Below the pieces are notes generated by a model, which did no database searches, was not told the origin of the DNA, and worked only from the letters and a program-made list of their open reading frames with translations. Below, piece after piece: positions 38,111-48,615 of a stretch of DNA of 64,000 nt; position 1 is the first letter of the stretch; every line of letters begins with the position of its first letter. This stretch comes from Giardia intestinalis (lineage: Eukaryota), in NCBI GenBank assembly GCA_000002435.2, contig CM018791.1. One strand, 5' to 3'. A program made the position numbers and the translations under genes.

Positions 38111-40588
38111 TTACAGATCGCTTGCGATGGACATTGAAACCGAGGCTTGCTCGTTAACGGGAGCGTTGTTTCTTTCTAGATACAAACATTCTTCTTGGAT
38201 GTGGTGTTCTACGTCAGAAGCAAGCGAGGGCACAGAAATGGATTCGACGGGAGAGTCTTGTGGCCTGTGGAAGGCAGAGCCATCTGTAGCCACACTGTAG
38301 TGTATATCAACATCAGGAGCGTTGGGAGACAGCGTTGCCCGAGAGCCACGGTCAGACGATCTGACAGACATGTTACCTGGAACCATGGATGCATGGCCAG
38401 AGCCATGAGATCTGATTGTTCGATAAGCTGGCTCTGGAGAAGCTGTGAGCAGGTTTTCTGGTTCTGTCTTATGAACAACATCAACCACACTTGCCATCTC
38501 AGCGTTTGTCACCAAGTCTTGAAGTGCTTGATAGACAAGTGGTTCACAATGGTCTCGGAGATAATCCATTGAGGGCCTTCCCTTGCGCACTATAACGTTC
38601 CACTCAGCTAGTCCCAAAAGCTCTATGATTTGAAGTTTCGTGTCAGCAGGTACGGAGCTGGTTAAGCCGTATATCAAAGCAGTAAACCCTTCATTGGATT
38701 GAATGCCTACCTCGTAATCCCTCAGGATTGCAACTATGTCCAAGTGCCCGGCGGCCGCTGCATACATCATGGCTGTCATGCCCTCCTTGTTTCTGTATCT
38801 ACACTCATGTGCAAGTAGAAGTCCTGCACCCTGATAAAAGCCAGCGTTTGCACACTCCATAAGGGCTGTGCAGCCTCTAGTATCAGTGGCTCCTACCATC
38901 CTTGTTGTGCTAAGAAGCTGAATCACATCAGAGTTTCCATGCTGACACGCAAGCATCAAGGGGGTCCTACCGTGCTCTTCGGTGACATCCTCCTCATAAG
39001 GAAGCAGGATCTCCGCTATGTCCCTATACCCGAGAACAGCCGCAAAGCAAAGAGCTGTAGATCCATTCCGTGTCTTCATCCCGGCCTCCATCCCGGCGAG
39101 AAGACGGACAATCCCTTCTCGCCGAGAAGTTGTAGCATAAATGAGTGCAGTGGTGCGCTGTATGTCTGTCATCCGTGCCTCTTTTGAGACAAGAAGAGCA
39201 GCAAGATCCTCGCGCCCGTGCATGGCAGCTACCATCAAGGCCGTTTTTCCATCCTCTGTTTGATATCTCGCCTCACTTTCCATCAGCAGTTGCACGAGTT
39301 CCGGGGTTCCATTTGCGATCGATATCATCAGTGCCGTCCGCCCGTCCTTCCGGCGCATCTGCTTCTCATAGTCATACAAAAGGGCTGCTATTTCATAGTG
39401 GCCCCTATCACACGCAATCATTAGTGCAGTTGTACCATCCTTTTGGGTATTCCTCACGTATTGCATAGACCTCATTGCAACGCCTAAGTCGCCGATCCGA
39501 GCTGCATGCATAAGGGGGGTTTCCTGAGGTAACCTAGATCCAGCTGAAGTGTGCCTTGTAACTCCTGTAATGGGCAACGGACTTGGCTGTTCATACTGTT
39601 GTAAGCGCTGCATTCGTGCATGCTGCGCAGAAAATATAATCTCGCAATCATCTTCATCGACTCCAACAGCCTCAGATGGGTAGGCTGTATGATTCCCTTG
39701 AAGATTGTTCTGATGATAAGTAGGACACCCAATGGCAGATGTGGAATGGTGGCGTGCATTAACAGAATGTGCAGAATCCGGAGTAGGAGGTGTACTCTGG
39801 TAATGTTGCCGCCCAGGGGGAGGAATCTGTGCTGGCCCTGAGAATGGCTGAGGTTGGGTAGAGAGCTGTTGAGCTAGTGCAGATCCCGGTCTGCTTAGTG
39901 TCCTGGATGCCTGAGTTGATTTGCGAGATGAGCCAAAAACGGTGTGGCCTAACTGGCCAGATTGACCCATTCCATATCCTGAAGATGGTCGCTTACGCGA
40001 TACAGAAGAAGCCCTTTTCAGTTCAGCTCTGGCACGTGCTGCACTTCTTTCGTTTTTCTCTGCCTCCTGTAGATTACTATAGACATAAAGCACTCCCAAA
40101 TCATCCGGAATCATCGCACGAAGGGCGTGATTGATCTGCTTCGTCGTAAGATGTGGTAGAAACTGTTTTATCGTATCTCCGTCAGCCGTAGAGACAGCAA
40201 ATCTAAAGAACTCGGCGAGATGTTTCTTGTCCTTGGCATACTGAGGCAGTAATAACTTAACGTACTCATGTGCCGTATATTGCACAGCTACATACAAAGG
40301 CAGTATATTCTTCTTGGTTAAATGGGCGCCTTCAAGTGCCAAAAGACGCTTGAACGCCGTCATGTTGTCGTACTTAATGGCGTACATGATTGCTGTCCAT
40401 CCTTTTTCTGTTTCGATCCCTGCTTCCTTCGCTATAAGTAAATCCACGCATCTATTATGTCCATGTTGGACACTAATAACCAGTGCAGTACGCCCTTGCT
40501 TATCCTGTTGCTGTGCAAAGGTGTCGATGTTGTCTTTCAAAAAGGTTTCGTCCCCGCGACGAGCGGCGTCGAACCATTCAAATTGCAT
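38111..40588 (-). CDS. Ankyrin-repeat protein (Giardia 'Protein 21.1' type), 825 aa.
   Basis: ATG (cat) at 40586-40588. There are more than ten tandem ankyrin repeats (G-TALM-A---GH---V-LL pattern, e.g. GRTALMISIANGTPELVQLL). The C-terminal half is low-complexity Ser/Pro/Gln-rich. Confidence 0.8.
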   Translation of the reverse strand: MQFEWFDAARRGDETFLKDNIDTFAQQQDKQGRTALVISVQHGHNRCVDLLIAKEAGIETEKGWTAIMYAIKYDNMTAFKRLLALEGAHLTKKNILPLYVAVQYTAHEYVKLLLPQYAKDKKHLAEFFRFAVSTADGDTIKQFLPHLTTKQINHALRAMIPDDLGVLYVYSNLQEAEKNERSAARARAELKRASSVSRKRPSSGYGMGQSGQLGHTVFGSSRKSTQASRTLSRPGSALAQQLSTQPQPFSGPAQIPPPGRQHYQSTPPTPDSAHSVNARHHSTSAIGCPTYHQNNLQGNHTAYPSEAVGVDEDDCEIIFSAQHARMQRLQQYEQPSPLPITGVTRHTSAGSRLPQETPLMHAARIGDLGVAMRSMQYVRNTQKDGTTALMIACDRGHYEIAALLYDYEKQMRRKDGRTALMISIANGTPELVQLLMESEARYQTEDGKTALMVAAMHGREDLAALLVSKEARMTDIQRTTALIYATTSRREGIVRLLAGMEAGMKTRNGSTALCFAAVLGYRDIAEILLPYEEDVTEEHGRTPLMLACQHGNSDVIQLLSTTRMVGATDTRGCTALMECANAGFYQGAGLLLAHECRYRNKEGMTAMMYAAAAGHLDIVAILRDYEVGIQSNEGFTALIYGLTSSVPADTKLQIIELLGLAEWNVIVRKGRPSMDYLRDHCEPLVYQALQDLVTNAEMASVVDVVHKTEPENLLTASPEPAYRTIRSHGSGHASMVPGNMSVRSSDRGSRATLSPNAPDVDIHYSVATDGSAFHRPQDSPVESISVPSLASDVEHHIQEECLYLERNNAPVNEQASVSMSIASDL

Positions 40589-40609
40589 AAAATTTACATG
40601 AATGTTGCC

Positions 40610-42022
40610 TCACCGGTGCATATCTATCCATTTGGCAATAATCTTGGAGGAAACATCCTCTCCAGTGCGTAGAAGGGTGCCAAGATGGCCTCCCTTATTT
40701 AGTACAATGGCAACAACGCACGGATGCTCCTTCAGTTCATCGATATAAATGTTCTTTCCTGTGATGAAGTCATCAAGAGCATTAAGGAACAAAACAGGAA
40801 CCGTCGGATGGAAGAGGCGTATCTTCCCAGTCGGAAGTAGCTCCTTGTAATAGTCTGCATAGTTTTCAAACTCATAGAGTGCGCAACTGAGATGTGCATC
40901 CAAGTCGGACAGTAGCCCACTGCTCATTGCTCGCTCTAACACTTCTGCTGGGTTGTCCACCTTCTCCGCCAGATGTTTCATCAAGTATGCTCTCTTCTCG
41001 GCGTTTTCTCTAAACTCCTGGATCAAGTGTTTGGCTAGCATGCGCTGCACATGCTTTGGGTGATTAAGGGGCGCTTGCACATCGAACGTAGCGTAGCCAC
41101 AGGAGGCAGAGGCTATCACAGCAGAAAGTTCGATGAACGGATAGCGACCTCCTACCCGTTGTACGATATCTGCAAGTGCTTTATCCATGTTGCTATCTGC
41201 CAAAATGCGTGATATTCGCATAGCTCCAAGCGAATAGCCCACAAAGTGGAAGCGCAGGTGCAAAGTCAGTGATTGGCTGTGCCCATCACTCCTCCCTTGG
41301 TTCATGACTGGGTTAGATCGGAGGGCTGCGTACTCTAGCAACAACTTCTGATTCAACTTTATGGAACTGGTTCCCTGCTCTTTTTCTGTTGCGGCAAGTT
41401 GTATACACAAAGCGTCTGCTAAAAACTCCACTGAGAGGTAAGAGTCATGATGGTCCAGGTAGGAGTTCCTCCGAGGCTCGCAGGTATATGGGAACTCGTA
41501 GCCTGGAGTGTTACGGTCGATCATGCAAATAGTCGGAACTCCTCGCTTTTCTATCTCGTGAATCAATCGCCGTACCGGACGAGAGTAGTGCGTCGAGCCG
41601 AAGGGCAACAGCACTATGGCAAGATTGACGACAGGCCCTGCACGTATCTGTTCTCCCGTAAGGTCCATGAACTCTGTTGTCACCGCTGCGTGAAAGAAGT
41701 CGTCGTGATTGTCATGTGCAGAAATCTTGATAACATCGTATTCAAGAGAGACAGCAGGAATACTATAGGGCGCCTTTGCCACCTGAAACTGCGTAAGATG
41801 GGTCCACGGGATGCGATAGTGGCCTGAGAACTCATTCTTCAATGCCGTTAAAATGTCACTGTAACTCTTACTTGTAGCCAATGTACGTACAAAAACATAA
41901 CGCCGCTGAAACAAATAGAGATAGGCGGGCACCGATACTATCATAAGCATGACAAGTACGATGAAGAACGCTCCAAACACTCCAGATATGGGTTCATGGA
42001 ACGTGGTAAGAGATGAAGCCAT
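40610..42022 (-). CDS. Membrane-anchored alpha/beta-hydrolase fold protein (lipase/esterase-like), 470 aa.
   Basis: ATG (cat) at 42020-42022. An N-terminal TM helix (GAFFIVLVMLMIVSVPAYLYLF) is present. The nucleophile-elbow motif GYSLG (HFVGYSLGAM) is in an alpha/beta-hydrolase context. Confidence 0.65.
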   Translation of the reverse strand: MASSLTTFHEPISGVFGAFFIVLVMLMIVSVPAYLYLFQRRYVFVRTLATSKSYSDILTALKNEFSGHYRIPWTHLTQFQVAKAPYSIPAVSLEYDVIKISAHDNHDDFFHAAVTTEFMDLTGEQIRAGPVVNLAIVLLPFGSTHYSRPVRRLIHEIEKRGVPTICMIDRNTPGYEFPYTCEPRRNSYLDHHDSYLSVEFLADALCIQLAATEKEQGTSSIKLNQKLLLEYAALRSNPVMNQGRSDGHSQSLTLHLRFHFVGYSLGAMRISRILADSNMDKALADIVQRVGGRYPFIELSAVIASASCGYATFDVQAPLNHPKHVQRMLAKHLIQEFRENAEKRAYLMKHLAEKVDNPAEVLERAMSSGLLSDLDAHLSCALYEFENYADYYKELLPTGKIRLFHPTVPVLFLNALDDFITGKNIYIDELKEHPCVVAIVLNKGGHLGTLLRTGEDVSSKIIAKWIDMHR

Positions 42023-42241
42023 GAAATAAAGCCAGAGTCTAGTAGAAAAATGAATTACTGCAATTACTGCAATCTGTAGACTCTTGAAATAAGCTTCTCA
42101 GGAGTTGTGCGAGCAACGGGGCCAGCAATCTTCCACAGAAGTTTCATTTGTCCGTCAACAGACGTAGACTAATAGGAAGTTAAAAAAATAAAAGAATTTT
42201 AAATCAATATTAGAGGGCACTTTTAAGCGGCCCTCGAAGCG
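42023..42241. promoter_or_regulatory. Divergent promoter region between the hydrolase and RPL27 genes.
   Basis: A 219-bp AT-rich segment (aagttaaaaaaataaaagaattttaaatcaatattagag) between two divergent ATGs. Confidence 0.35.
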
Positions 42242-42649
42242 ATGTCTCAGCCCATAATCAAGCCCGGTCTGGTCTGCATAGTCCTCCAGGGCCGCCACGC
42301 GGGGAAGAAGGCCGTGATAGTGGAGGCCTTGCCGCACAACGAGAGGGGGAGCTATGCTATCGTGGCAGGTATCGCTGCCCTCCCTCGTCGCATCACCAAT
42401 TCCATGAGCGATGAGGAGGCCGTGTGCCGTGGAAGAGTTCGCTCGTTTGTCAAATGCATGAATGTGAACCACCTGATGCCCACCTCGTGCAGGCTGGAGA
42501 ACAACTACAAGGACTTCATCTCTACACAGACCGTCGCTGACGTTACCAAGAGGAGGGAGATCATTGAGACAGTCAACAAGGACTTTCAGAGGCGCATCCT
42601 GGAGCACAGGGACACATGGTTCTTCACCAAGTTGCCCATTGATGCTTGA
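42242..42649 (+). CDS. RPL27: 60S ribosomal protein L27e, 135 aa.
   Basis: KPGLVCIVLQGRHAGKKAVIV... fits the KOW-like N-terminus of eL27 ([21 protein letters not shown]). Size is 135 aa. The poly(A) signal AGTAAAT lies 4 nt after the TGA stop. Confidence 0.9.
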   Translation: MSQPIIKPGLVCIVLQGRHAGKKAVIVEALPHNERGSYAIVAGIAALPRRITNSMSDEEAVCRGRVRSFVKCMNVNHLMPTSCRLENNYKDFISTQTVADVTKRREIIETVNKDFQRRILEHRDTWFFTKLPIDA

Positions 42650-42652
42650 GCA

Positions 42653-42659
42653 AGTAAAT
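42653..42659 (+). promoter_or_regulatory. Poly(A) signal AGTAAAT for RPL27.
   Basis: Sequence tgagcaAGTAAATcgg immediately after the stop at 42647-42649. Confidence 0.6.
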
Positions 42660-42833
42660 CGGCCATGTGGTTAGGCCCTACTTTTCCGCCGGGTGAGTTT
42701 GGATTGTAGAGGGGTCCTGTCTGTCCGCGTTTGCTGGATGAGCAGCCAACTCCTGTTACATTTATGGTATGTGCCTCCGCTGGAAAGTAGCCGATGAACT
42801 GCATAAATTTTCAAATTCAAGAAAATTGGCAGG

Positions 42834-45329
42834 ATGAGCCAAGCGTCTGCATCTCCTCACTTGCAGGACCACAGACTAGCACCCGACATCGCTCTGGCCA
42901 ATGATCTGGACAAGGCCTCTCAGCTTGTTGTAGAAATAAAACGGAAGGCCTTGGACGTCGAACACCTACTCCAAGAGGATATACGAGCCTCGCAGAGCTC
43001 TTCCTACGGAGCTTCCACACATTCTGCAGACCTTACATCTTCACGATCTCCGCAGCGAAACTTCAGTCTCTCGCCATCGGCCTCACGGCCGCCGTTGTCC
43101 ATAGAGGAGAGGCAAATTTTATCAGATAAAATATATCAACTAGAGGACGATCTTAGGATTGAAAAGCTGAAAAACAAATCTCTCTGCAGTACGTACACAA
43201 CGGATGTCGCTGAACTCATGGCTCAAGTCTCGGATTTAAAGGCATCTAGTGCAGTTAATAACACTCAGGCATTTCTTCATCAAAAGCCCCATGGTCTTTC
43301 TAATAGTGTAATGAATGCAAGCATGCTTGGATTGCAAGATTTGGGTAAAAGTGTGGGTGATAGGCTGCTTCTCAGCGGCTATTTTCGTGATGATCCTCCA
43401 AATATAGCTCTTTCTGCCGATAATAGTGTCACTGGCTCATCCCTAGCCAACTCTACCACTGTGCCACCTTTGGGAACAACCCTCACGGCGAGTAGGGTTA
43501 ATCCCGGCTTTATGGGTCGCCTTGGGCCGGAGTACCCCGATGTTTATGATCACAGATATGCCACGATCAGTGCCCCCGACCATGATAGAAATTCAGCTAG
43601 GGTGGATGTACTTATTACCGATTCCACAACCTCTGTGGGGCCCCCATTTGCTATGGTCCATCCTGACTTGGATAAGTCAGTGCCTGAACCAGCAGCTGAC
43701 CCTGTTTCTCTATCAGTCCCTGCAACACCTGGCCCGAAAAGCTTCCTCTCTGTCATTTCCTTTAACCCAGCGGTCATTTCAAACCACCAGCGCATCCTGA
43801 ATATGATGGCCCGCTCCAAACTTGGAGCAATGGCACAGCTTAACGCGATTACTGCATCTATGACAGAGAGTGCTGCCCTCGCATCTACTTATACAGGCAT
43901 AGACCCAAGACTTACAATGGAAACACCTACAGGTCACGTAGAAGGACATAACTACACTCTAACTCCGCTAACGGATTTCGTGAATCGCCAGCAATCACCC
44001 ACCACGTTAGACAACCTTACTACAAGGTCTAACAACACACGCACCGAACACTATGAGCGCCAGCTACAGACACCAGGCCCACGCAGACCCAACTATCAAG
44101 TTAGAGTAGATGCCATGAGCAGCTCACTAAAGACTCCCATACTGGGGCAGGATCTTGTTAATCCAGCACTAATCCAGAACTTGGAATTTGTTCGCTTATA
44201 CCTCTCCAACACTTTTGAAAAGAACGATGCTGTCAAAAGCCTTTATAATTCAATAGTATCTATGCCAGAGTTTCAGTCTGCCGTGCAAATAATGACTGAA
44301 AGCTGTGTTGAGGAGGCACTAACTGCGACATCTTTACTTGAAGTAAAGTCTGTAGAAGCAGAGGTTCTTAAGTCGCGCATTATAGAGCTCGAAGCCACAG
44401 TGGCACAGACCCTCAAAGATCAATTAGCCAATGTCAAGGAGGTGGCACATCTAAAGTCTAGCCATTGGGAGCACGAAGGGAGAGGAAATAACGCAGCGAA
44501 TCCACTGGAGTCTAGCGTTACAACGGTGAGCCAGCTTGAGCACAAAGCACCACTGGTTAGTGATGCGGATAAAGTTATTGCAAGCTACGAATCAACAATT
44601 GATAATCTGACCCAGATGGTAAATTATAGTGCAGCGGAAGCACTGAGGATCTCTGTCGATGAGACCGAGCAGCGACGCGAAAAGGAAGCGTACAAGGCAA
44701 AGTTGGAGGCTCTCACCTCCAGCTTTGAAAAGATAACAAAGTCAAACTATGAGCTCCAGCAGCAACTAGATACACTCACTGTTCGATCAAAGGTCATAGA
44801 GGATGATAAAAAGCGCATAAGAATCAGCCAGTTACATGACGAAATCCAGACATATAGAGCAGAGAATAGAGAGCTCAAAGCACAGTTGGACAGAATAAAG
44901 GAGGCTGCAAAAGCATATCAGGGTGCGACCTCAGACGATATTCCCGTTGACCTGATGATTCAAACGCTTGTTGACTGCATTGCTACAAAGTCAGCCGACT
45001 TACGACAAGTGGAGCAGGACAATAAGAAACTTAGAGAAGAAAATGCTAAACTTGTTACTGAGATGGATTCCTTGCGCGCACAGATGCAAGAGTTAAGAAA
45101 TCAGCAAGACGGTGCTGCGAAGAGCTTTAATGATATGCGCCTGCTGTACATCGAAGAAAACAAGATACTAAAAGAGGAAAACACGCTCCTAGAAAAAGAG
45201 AAGAGGCTGAGCGAATACAAGAATGGTCTTCTCCAAAAGAAGCTGAAGACTCTAAGCGACCTCAGTGAGTGTGAATACACCCACGGAAACATGGTTGAAA
45301 CCAGCCCCCTGCAAAGCGGTCTTCAGTAA
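42834..45329 (+). CDS. Hypothetical coiled-coil protein, 831 aa.
   Basis: ATG at 42834 after an AT-rich aaattttcaaattcaagaaaattggcagg stretch. The C-terminal 350 aa are heptad-rich (E/K/L/Q). No catalytic motif was recognised. Confidence 0.6.
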   Translation: MSQASASPHLQDHRLAPDIALANDLDKASQLVVEIKRKALDVEHLLQEDIRASQSSSYGASTHSADLTSSRSPQRNFSLSPSASRPPLSIEERQILSDKIYQLEDDLRIEKLKNKSLCSTYTTDVAELMAQVSDLKASSAVNNTQAFLHQKPHGLSNSVMNASMLGLQDLGKSVGDRLLLSGYFRDDPPNIALSADNSVTGSSLANSTTVPPLGTTLTASRVNPGFMGRLGPEYPDVYDHRYATISAPDHDRNSARVDVLITDSTTSVGPPFAMVHPDLDKSVPEPAADPVSLSVPATPGPKSFLSVISFNPAVISNHQRILNMMARSKLGAMAQLNAITASMTESAALASTYTGIDPRLTMETPTGHVEGHNYTLTPLTDFVNRQQSPTTLDNLTTRSNNTRTEHYERQLQTPGPRRPNYQVRVDAMSSSLKTPILGQDLVNPALIQNLEFVRLYLSNTFEKNDAVKSLYNSIVSMPEFQSAVQIMTESCVEEALTATSLLEVKSVEAEVLKSRIIELEATVAQTLKDQLANVKEVAHLKSSHWEHEGRGNNAANPLESSVTTVSQLEHKAPLVSDADKVIASYESTIDNLTQMVNYSAAEALRISVDETEQRREKEAYKAKLEALTSSFEKITKSNYELQQQLDTLTVRSKVIEDDKKRIRISQLHDEIQTYRAENRELKAQLDRIKEAAKAYQGATSDDIPVDLMIQTLVDCIATKSADLRQVEQDNKKLREENAKLVTEMDSLRAQMQELRNQQDGAAKSFNDMRLLYIEENKILKEENTLLEKEKRLSEYKNGLLQKKLKTLSDLSECEYTHGNMVETSPLQSGLQ

Positions 45330-45670
45330 ATCAATCTTTGCGCCCTGCAGGTGTATACTTTAATTGTTTAATATATTTGTATAAACAATCGATAAAAGAA
45401 AAAGTCAATCAGAGCAGGTATTTGTTTTGCCTAGAATCTTTCTATGGATGGAGTGGATAGGAACAATAGGCAATAGTAAACCTGTAAAGACATAGAGTTA
45501 TATGAGTGTAGAAAAAGGTAGAACTAAAATGACCTACAGGCTTGGGTAAGATACCGATGTAGTATGCTTGCAACGCTTAGCCTCTACTGCGAAAGTGCCA
45601 ACACGATAGACTTGTCTATAAAGTCAAATGTGAAAAGCATTTAAAGCTTACCATAAGGACCTAGTAATAA

Positions 45671-48592
45671 ATGGGGCGCCAGGCTAAGAGTAAGCGAGGC
45701 TCACGCGTAAACAAAGCAAGGAGCCCGAAGAGTTTATCTGGGACACATCCTAGAGCTATAGATATGCCCAGCACGTCTGTGGCTCCATCCAGTTTATCCC
45801 CCTATTCACATCCGCTAATACCCCTCCCACTTCTGGCATGTCGCTTAGTGATCACGGGGCTACTCTTGCACCGTGGTTTTGCCCGCTATAACTCAACTCC
45901 CCGCTCAAATATCTGTCTGTTGTTAGGTGTAATTCACACGCTTTTTGTAACTTTAGATATAACTATGAGTCTGATGGTCTGTATGCACCATGGCTTTAGG
46001 ATCAGTTTTATAACTAGCCCCTTGGCGACTAGCTGGGGCTTAGGTGCAGTATCTGCCAGAAAAAAGTCCGGGTGTTGGAGACGCACTACCACTTGCTACT
46101 ACATTCTGCAGGACTTGCTCTTCATTACTTTTGTTCTTAGTAGAGATAAGCACTTGCCCCTCGGTACTATATTTTTTTCTTGCATGTCAATCCTTATTCT
46201 ATTATTGGATTGCTTTTTCCTTCGTAACTCTCCAGGCAAAGATGGAGACCAATTAGTCAGTGAAGCAAACATTAAGATAATTAACCCATGCAACCCACAT
46301 GACCTATGCGACACCTCGGCTAAACCATTGTCCGAGCCTATATACTCAGAGTTTGATGGTGTGGTCACCAATGAGTTGACACGCCAGGAGTTAACTTCCA
46401 TTCCCTTACTCAGCTCTCCTAAAGATGATCTGATACCTGAGTGTACCCAAGTGGTGACAGTGTCCCCCGACACGGATGTCTCGGTTGCTGTCCCTCAACT
46501 TACTTCTGATTCTGGCAGCGGTACTATGGATGGAATGGGAGCTACATCGTTTTCTTGTGAGAAGAATAACTCCTCCCAGAATGTGGTAAAGGACATAAAA
46601 GACAAGAGCGCTAACTCAAGTGTCCCATCTACTTTACCTATCAGTGTTTCTACCAAGGCTTCATCAACTCGACTTACTGACTCTACACTAGGGAACTCTA
46701 AGTTAAATAAGCCGCTCGTTAGTCAGCACTCATCATCTACAAATACACAGGCATCTAACATCACAAAGAAATCCCATGTAATTACCATCAATTCCAAGAG
46801 CCATGTAGAGGTCCACAAACCGATTACTTCTAACGCAAAACCGACATCACAAACTGAGCCAGATTCACAACCACCAGTTTCAGTCAGTTGTCTAAGCCTT
46901 TCCGCCTGTAAAAGCTCGTCAAATGGAACCCGTAAGCGGCAACAAAGATCAGCAGTACCTCAGTCCTCTTTGGTTCGGTCCTCGCATAGCAGATCTCTCG
47001 ATGAATACGCTCCAAGAAGGCGTAAGCATTTTGACAAGAAGATTATCCCTGACAATATAAATACTACAATAAGCATCTCATCAGACAGTATCCCACGCTC
47101 AGGAACTGGTGGAGTAGCTGGTGAGAGCAACCAAAGGACGCTACTTATAACCGCTCCCATGTCTGAAGGCACTAATGAAGGGGGCCACACCAGTAAAGCA
47201 CCCAAGTTGGATAGTATAGATCCCGATCTGGAGATAGATAGTAGTGCCAACGATTTGCTTGATTTTAACGATCTTGCTGACCTTCATCAATATGGTCAAG
47301 ATAACGTAAAGTGCATTGGAGCTGCAGCTACTTGTGACATCACTCCCGACATCGATCGCTCTAATGTGATTAAAAACATAACCTCTTCTCTCTTTGCCTT
47401 TACAAGCGCCCCAACAAAAGATATAGTGAAGCTCCCCCATACGCCATCGCAGACTACCTTCAAACAAGCCGTTTTGCCAATTTCAGAAAAGCAATCAGTC
47501 ACTCTTTCCGAGAGCGATATGTTAATTCTAGCTGCCAAGAACAGCGATACTGTTGCTATAGAAATGTATAAAGGATTCACAGGGGAATATGACTCATCAG
47601 GCATGTTTGCACTTGCTTACTGTGTACTAGCGAACAATGTTGTAGGTGTTAAAGCTCTATTGGTAGAGTCAAAGATGCGCACGATCAAGTCCATGAGATT
47701 TAACGAAGTGGACTACGTTGACATGGACGCTCTTATGCTATCTGTGCTCTCAAATGCTGATAAAGAAATTATTGAGATCCTGGTACCCATAAGCGACGTA
47801 GCCATAGAAGGATACTCCTCTATGACTGCTCTAATGTTGGCAGCAGCTAGTGGGAACACTATTGCTGTAGGACTCCTTATAGATTCCCAAAGGGACCGAA
47901 AGACGAAGGATGGACGGACAGCTCTCATGATTGCGGCTGAGACTGGCCAGGACAAATGTGTGGAGATGCTGCTGGAGAAGACGTCGGAAGTTTGCTCACA
48001 GAACACGATGGGCTGGACGGCACTTTGCTTTGCTGCGGACAATGGGCACACGGCTTGTGTGCGTCTTTTGGCCCCGAAGGAATCGATGATGGTGATTATC
48101 TTTGCATACGATAGATACTCTGCCTCTGGATTTGTAATGAACTTTATGTCTGGCACAAGCTTGATGCTAGCCGCCTGGTACGGGTCCGCTGAGTGCGTTA
48201 GTATATTAAAGGATTCAGAGGCGCAGATAAAGACCCATAAATATGAGAACACTGCCCTCATCTTTGCTGCAACCGCAGGCCACGCTGACTGTGTCAAGTT
48301 ACTGATAGATGTAGAGGCAAAAATGCAGGATAGCTCTGGAAGAACGGCTCTGATGAAGGCTGTGACGGAAGACAATGTTTCTTGTGTCGAACTGCTAGCG
48401 CCAGTGGAGAATGGGATGGTAGACGAGCGTGGAACCCCTGCTATCGTGTTTGCAGCAAGAAAGAACCATCTAGACTGCGTGTCGCTTCTTGCCCCTTACG
48501 AAGCGGATGCGTTCCACCACCTAGTATTGAACCGTAACTGGTGTTCTCCAGAGGTCGAGCACATTATTAAAAAGAATTTGCACAGGCAGTGA
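45671..48592 (+). CDS. Ankyrin-repeat protein (Protein 21.1-like), 973 aa as drawn. The true start is uncertain.
   Basis: C-terminal ankyrin repeats (MTALMLAAASGNTIAVGLL, GRTALMIAAETGQDKCVEMLL, GWTALCFAADNGHTACVRLL, GRTALMKAVTEDNVSCVELL). ATG at 45671. The first ~170 aa are hydrophobic and odd, and the middle is Ser/Thr-rich, so the real start may be an internal Met. Confidence 0.6.
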   Translation: MGRQAKSKRGSRVNKARSPKSLSGTHPRAIDMPSTSVAPSSLSPYSHPLIPLPLLACRLVITGLLLHRGFARYNSTPRSNICLLLGVIHTLFVTLDITMSLMVCMHHGFRISFITSPLATSWGLGAVSARKKSGCWRRTTTCYYILQDLLFITFVLSRDKHLPLGTIFFSCMSILILLLDCFFLRNSPGKDGDQLVSEANIKIINPCNPHDLCDTSAKPLSEPIYSEFDGVVTNELTRQELTSIPLLSSPKDDLIPECTQVVTVSPDTDVSVAVPQLTSDSGSGTMDGMGATSFSCEKNNSSQNVVKDIKDKSANSSVPSTLPISVSTKASSTRLTDSTLGNSKLNKPLVSQHSSSTNTQASNITKKSHVITINSKSHVEVHKPITSNAKPTSQTEPDSQPPVSVSCLSLSACKSSSNGTRKRQQRSAVPQSSLVRSSHSRSLDEYAPRRRKHFDKKIIPDNINTTISISSDSIPRSGTGGVAGESNQRTLLITAPMSEGTNEGGHTSKAPKLDSIDPDLEIDSSANDLLDFNDLADLHQYGQDNVKCIGAAATCDITPDIDRSNVIKNITSSLFAFTSAPTKDIVKLPHTPSQTTFKQAVLPISEKQSVTLSESDMLILAAKNSDTVAIEMYKGFTGEYDSSGMFALAYCVLANNVVGVKALLVESKMRTIKSMRFNEVDYVDMDALMLSVLSNADKEIIEILVPISDVAIEGYSSMTALMLAAASGNTIAVGLLIDSQRDRKTKDGRTALMIAAETGQDKCVEMLLEKTSEVCSQNTMGWTALCFAADNGHTACVRLLAPKESMMVIIFAYDRYSASGFVMNFMSGTSLMLAAWYGSAECVSILKDSEAQIKTHKYENTALIFAATAGHADCVKLLIDVEAKMQDSSGRTALMKAVTEDNVSCVELLAPVENGMVDERGTPAIVFAARKNHLDCVSLLAPYEADAFHHLVLNRNWCSPEVEHIIKKNLHRQ

Positions 48593-48615
48593 CGCTTGTT
48601 GTAAACACGCTTGTG

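Noticed and set aside
47713-48375. 220-aa antisense ORF inside the ankyrin-repeat region of 45671..48592.
   Set aside because: Ankyrin-repeat coding DNA commonly yields long antisense ORFs. It has no independent evidence, and the sense-strand ankyrin repeats are unambiguous.
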